Below, in pieces: positions 62,775 through 64,000 of a DNA stretch of 64,000 nucleotides. This DNA comes from Candidatus Omnitrophota bacterium (GTDB lineage: Bacteria > Omnitrophota > Omnitrophia > Omnitrophales > Aquincolibacteriaceae), in the NCBI GenBank assembly GCA_043803685.1, contig JAZDJU010000031.1, positions 64,001 to 128,000 of the forward strand. The letters are read 5' to 3'. Positions within the stretch are counted from its first letter, which is position 1. The number at the start of each line of letters is the position of its first letter. A program made the translations under genes and the position numbers. A model generated the notes under the pieces. That model worked only from the letters and a program-made list of their open reading frames with translations. It made no database searches and was not told the origin of the DNA.

Positions 62775-63026
62775 TTACAAATGGAATTGGCTTTTTTTGC
62801 GCTCGAGGGTACGCTGGAATTTGTCTTCGACGTCCTGGATCGAATCCTTCAACGCTGCGAAGATCTTCGCCACCTGGTCGCCATTATAAGAATACTGGGA
62901 GGTCGCCAGATTCCCGATCAGGCGGATCTTATCGAGCGTCGCCGCGACTCTCTGCTCCGCCAACCGCTTGAACCGCGCTTCCTTGGATTCATTAGGTACG
63001 TTGCTTGCGTCTTCATTTTCTTCCAC
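62775..63026 (-). CDS. Small conserved hypothetical protein (RF.RLAE.RV..LIGNL..Y.Y..IF type)
   Basis: 83 aa, AAGGAG RBS before GTG. Confidence 0.75.
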   Translation of the reverse strand: MEENEDASNVPNESKEARFKRLAEQRVAATLDKIRLIGNLATSQYSYNGDQVAKIFAALKDSIQDVEDKFQRTLERKKSQFHL

Positions 63027-63095
63027 GTGAGTCTCCTTTATGGATCCGCTTCTTAGCCGGGACCGCTGTAAAATATCACACCCGATCGTGCCCTG

Positions 63096-63407
63096 AAAAC
63101 AGAAAAGGCTTAGCGATGGGGTCAGGAAGCTTGGGCCTCACTACTTGCCAAGCGCATCAACCCAAAGCTAAGCCTACCGCTGAGACCGCTGGAAGGGCGC
63201 TCGCTTCCTCACCCCCGGCCCTGAGGACCGTGGCCAGTCGCGCGTACTTTCTGGCGTCAGCGATCTCAAAAAACGTAAGCCCAAGATCGGCGCCCCGCTT
63301 TGATCGCGGTCAAGCCAGCCGTAACTCAGGCTCCGTACGACGCCAAGAGGGTCCCGGTTCCGTCGGGGGTTCATCGCCCCCAAGCCAGATCCACCATCTC
63401 TTGGCCT
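63096..63407 (-). ncRNA. Candidate ~310-nt structured RNA or leader
   Basis: Four consecutive stem-loops after a promoter, ending in a hairpin plus U-rich tail. Confidence 0.5.
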
Positions 63408-63413
63408 GATCTG

Positions 63414-63442
63414 ACTGTAGCCGACGAGTGTTCAAAAAGCAA
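63414..63442 (-). promoter_or_regulatory. Sigma70 promoter for the candidate RNA
   Basis: TTGCTT-17 nt-TACAGT. Confidence 0.55.
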
Positions 63443-63471
63443 GACCCCCGCGAAAAATAGGTGAAATATTT

Positions 63472-64000
63472 TCAGCAACAACAGGTGTTTGGTGGACGAT
63501 CGACAAAGGAGATCCCGGCAAAACGCCGGCGAATGCCGCGCTCAAAAGTCCCGGCCGCGTGTCCGAAAATAATCGCCAAACCATGCCGCATGCCCGGCGC
63601 GATCTTGTATCTTTCCCTGAACTCCCGACTCGTATGAGCCAGCATGGGAACCACCGTTCCGATCATACACGAACCAAGACCCAGGCTTTCCGCAGCGATC
63701 ATGGCATAAGTACACGCGATCCCGGCGTCGGCCGGATCTTCGGAACACGCAAAGATCATCGCGAGCGGCGCATCGTAAAACATGAGGTCCTTCCCCTGTG
63801 CTCGACCGTGGGTGAGTTCCTTATAGATCGGCACGACCAACTCACGCATACTGCGGTGCTCTTCTTTCGACATAAAAGGACGCAGCAGCCAGACACCGGC
63901 TTTCGAGAATAACCATGACATTTTCCTCACAGCGTCCAGGAAATCGAAAGCAAAGGAACGGACCGCTTCCTTGCCGTCGAGAACAACGACCTTCACAGTC
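63472..64000 (-). CDS. Nitroreductase family protein (5' part outside the window)
   Basis: Y.AP, DAGIA....MIAAESLGLGSC.IG. Confidence 0.85.
   Translation of the reverse strand, partial: TVKVVVLDGKEAVRSFAFDFLDAVRKMSWLFSKAGVWLLRPFMSKEEHRSMRELVVPIYKELTHGRAQGKDLMFYDAPLAMIFACSEDPADAGIACTYAMIAAESLGLGSCMIGTVVPMLAHTSREFRERYKIAPGMRHGLAIIFGHAAGTFERGIRRRFAGISFVDRPPNTCCC

Noticed and set aside
63096..63407. RNase P, tmRNA or SRP identity (ACAGAAAAGGCTTA, TCCACCA, AGGAAGC motifs)
   Set aside because: Lacks GAGGAAAGTCC, a T-arm with GTTCGA and the GNRA-capped SRP helix; the matches are partial and on different strands

Overview
Bacterial chromosome window, possibly PVC/Omnitrophota-like (weak inference from a TIGR04073-type gene, a giant secreted protein and the repeat style). 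1-11.3 kb: signalling and hypothetical genes, including a ~1200-aa coiled-coil gene split by a frameshift and a nest of miniature mobile elements at 7.0-7.5 kb. 11.5-24.6 kb: a genomic island in tRNA-fMet. It carries a large serine recombinase, a replication-relaxation protein, an AbiEi/AbiEii pair, a SIR2-NTPase-TPR-OB (SAMD9/Avs9-like) protein, a DUF3024 protein, RelBE, several att-like scars and a partly inverted SGNH gene. 26-35.6 kb: two aldolases and a 7-gene operon (2 sulfotransferases, an amidinotransferase, 2 methyltransferases, 2 B12 radical SAM enzymes). 35.8-53.4 kb: housekeeping genes (uvrB, nadC, valS, cimA, lysC, apgM-like, thrC, hom, msbA, gnnA-like, lpxB). 53.5-64 kb: a 2461-aa Ig-repeat/glycosidase-like surface protein, an IS3 remnant, a hydrolase and a ~310-nt promoter-driven structured RNA candidate upstream of a small conserved ORF. 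The most unusual signals are a family of ~80-88-bp double-hairpin elements whose central 4-mer co-varies with the flanking target repeat, the SAMD9-like defence gene, the orphan biosynthetic operon and the candidate ncRNA.
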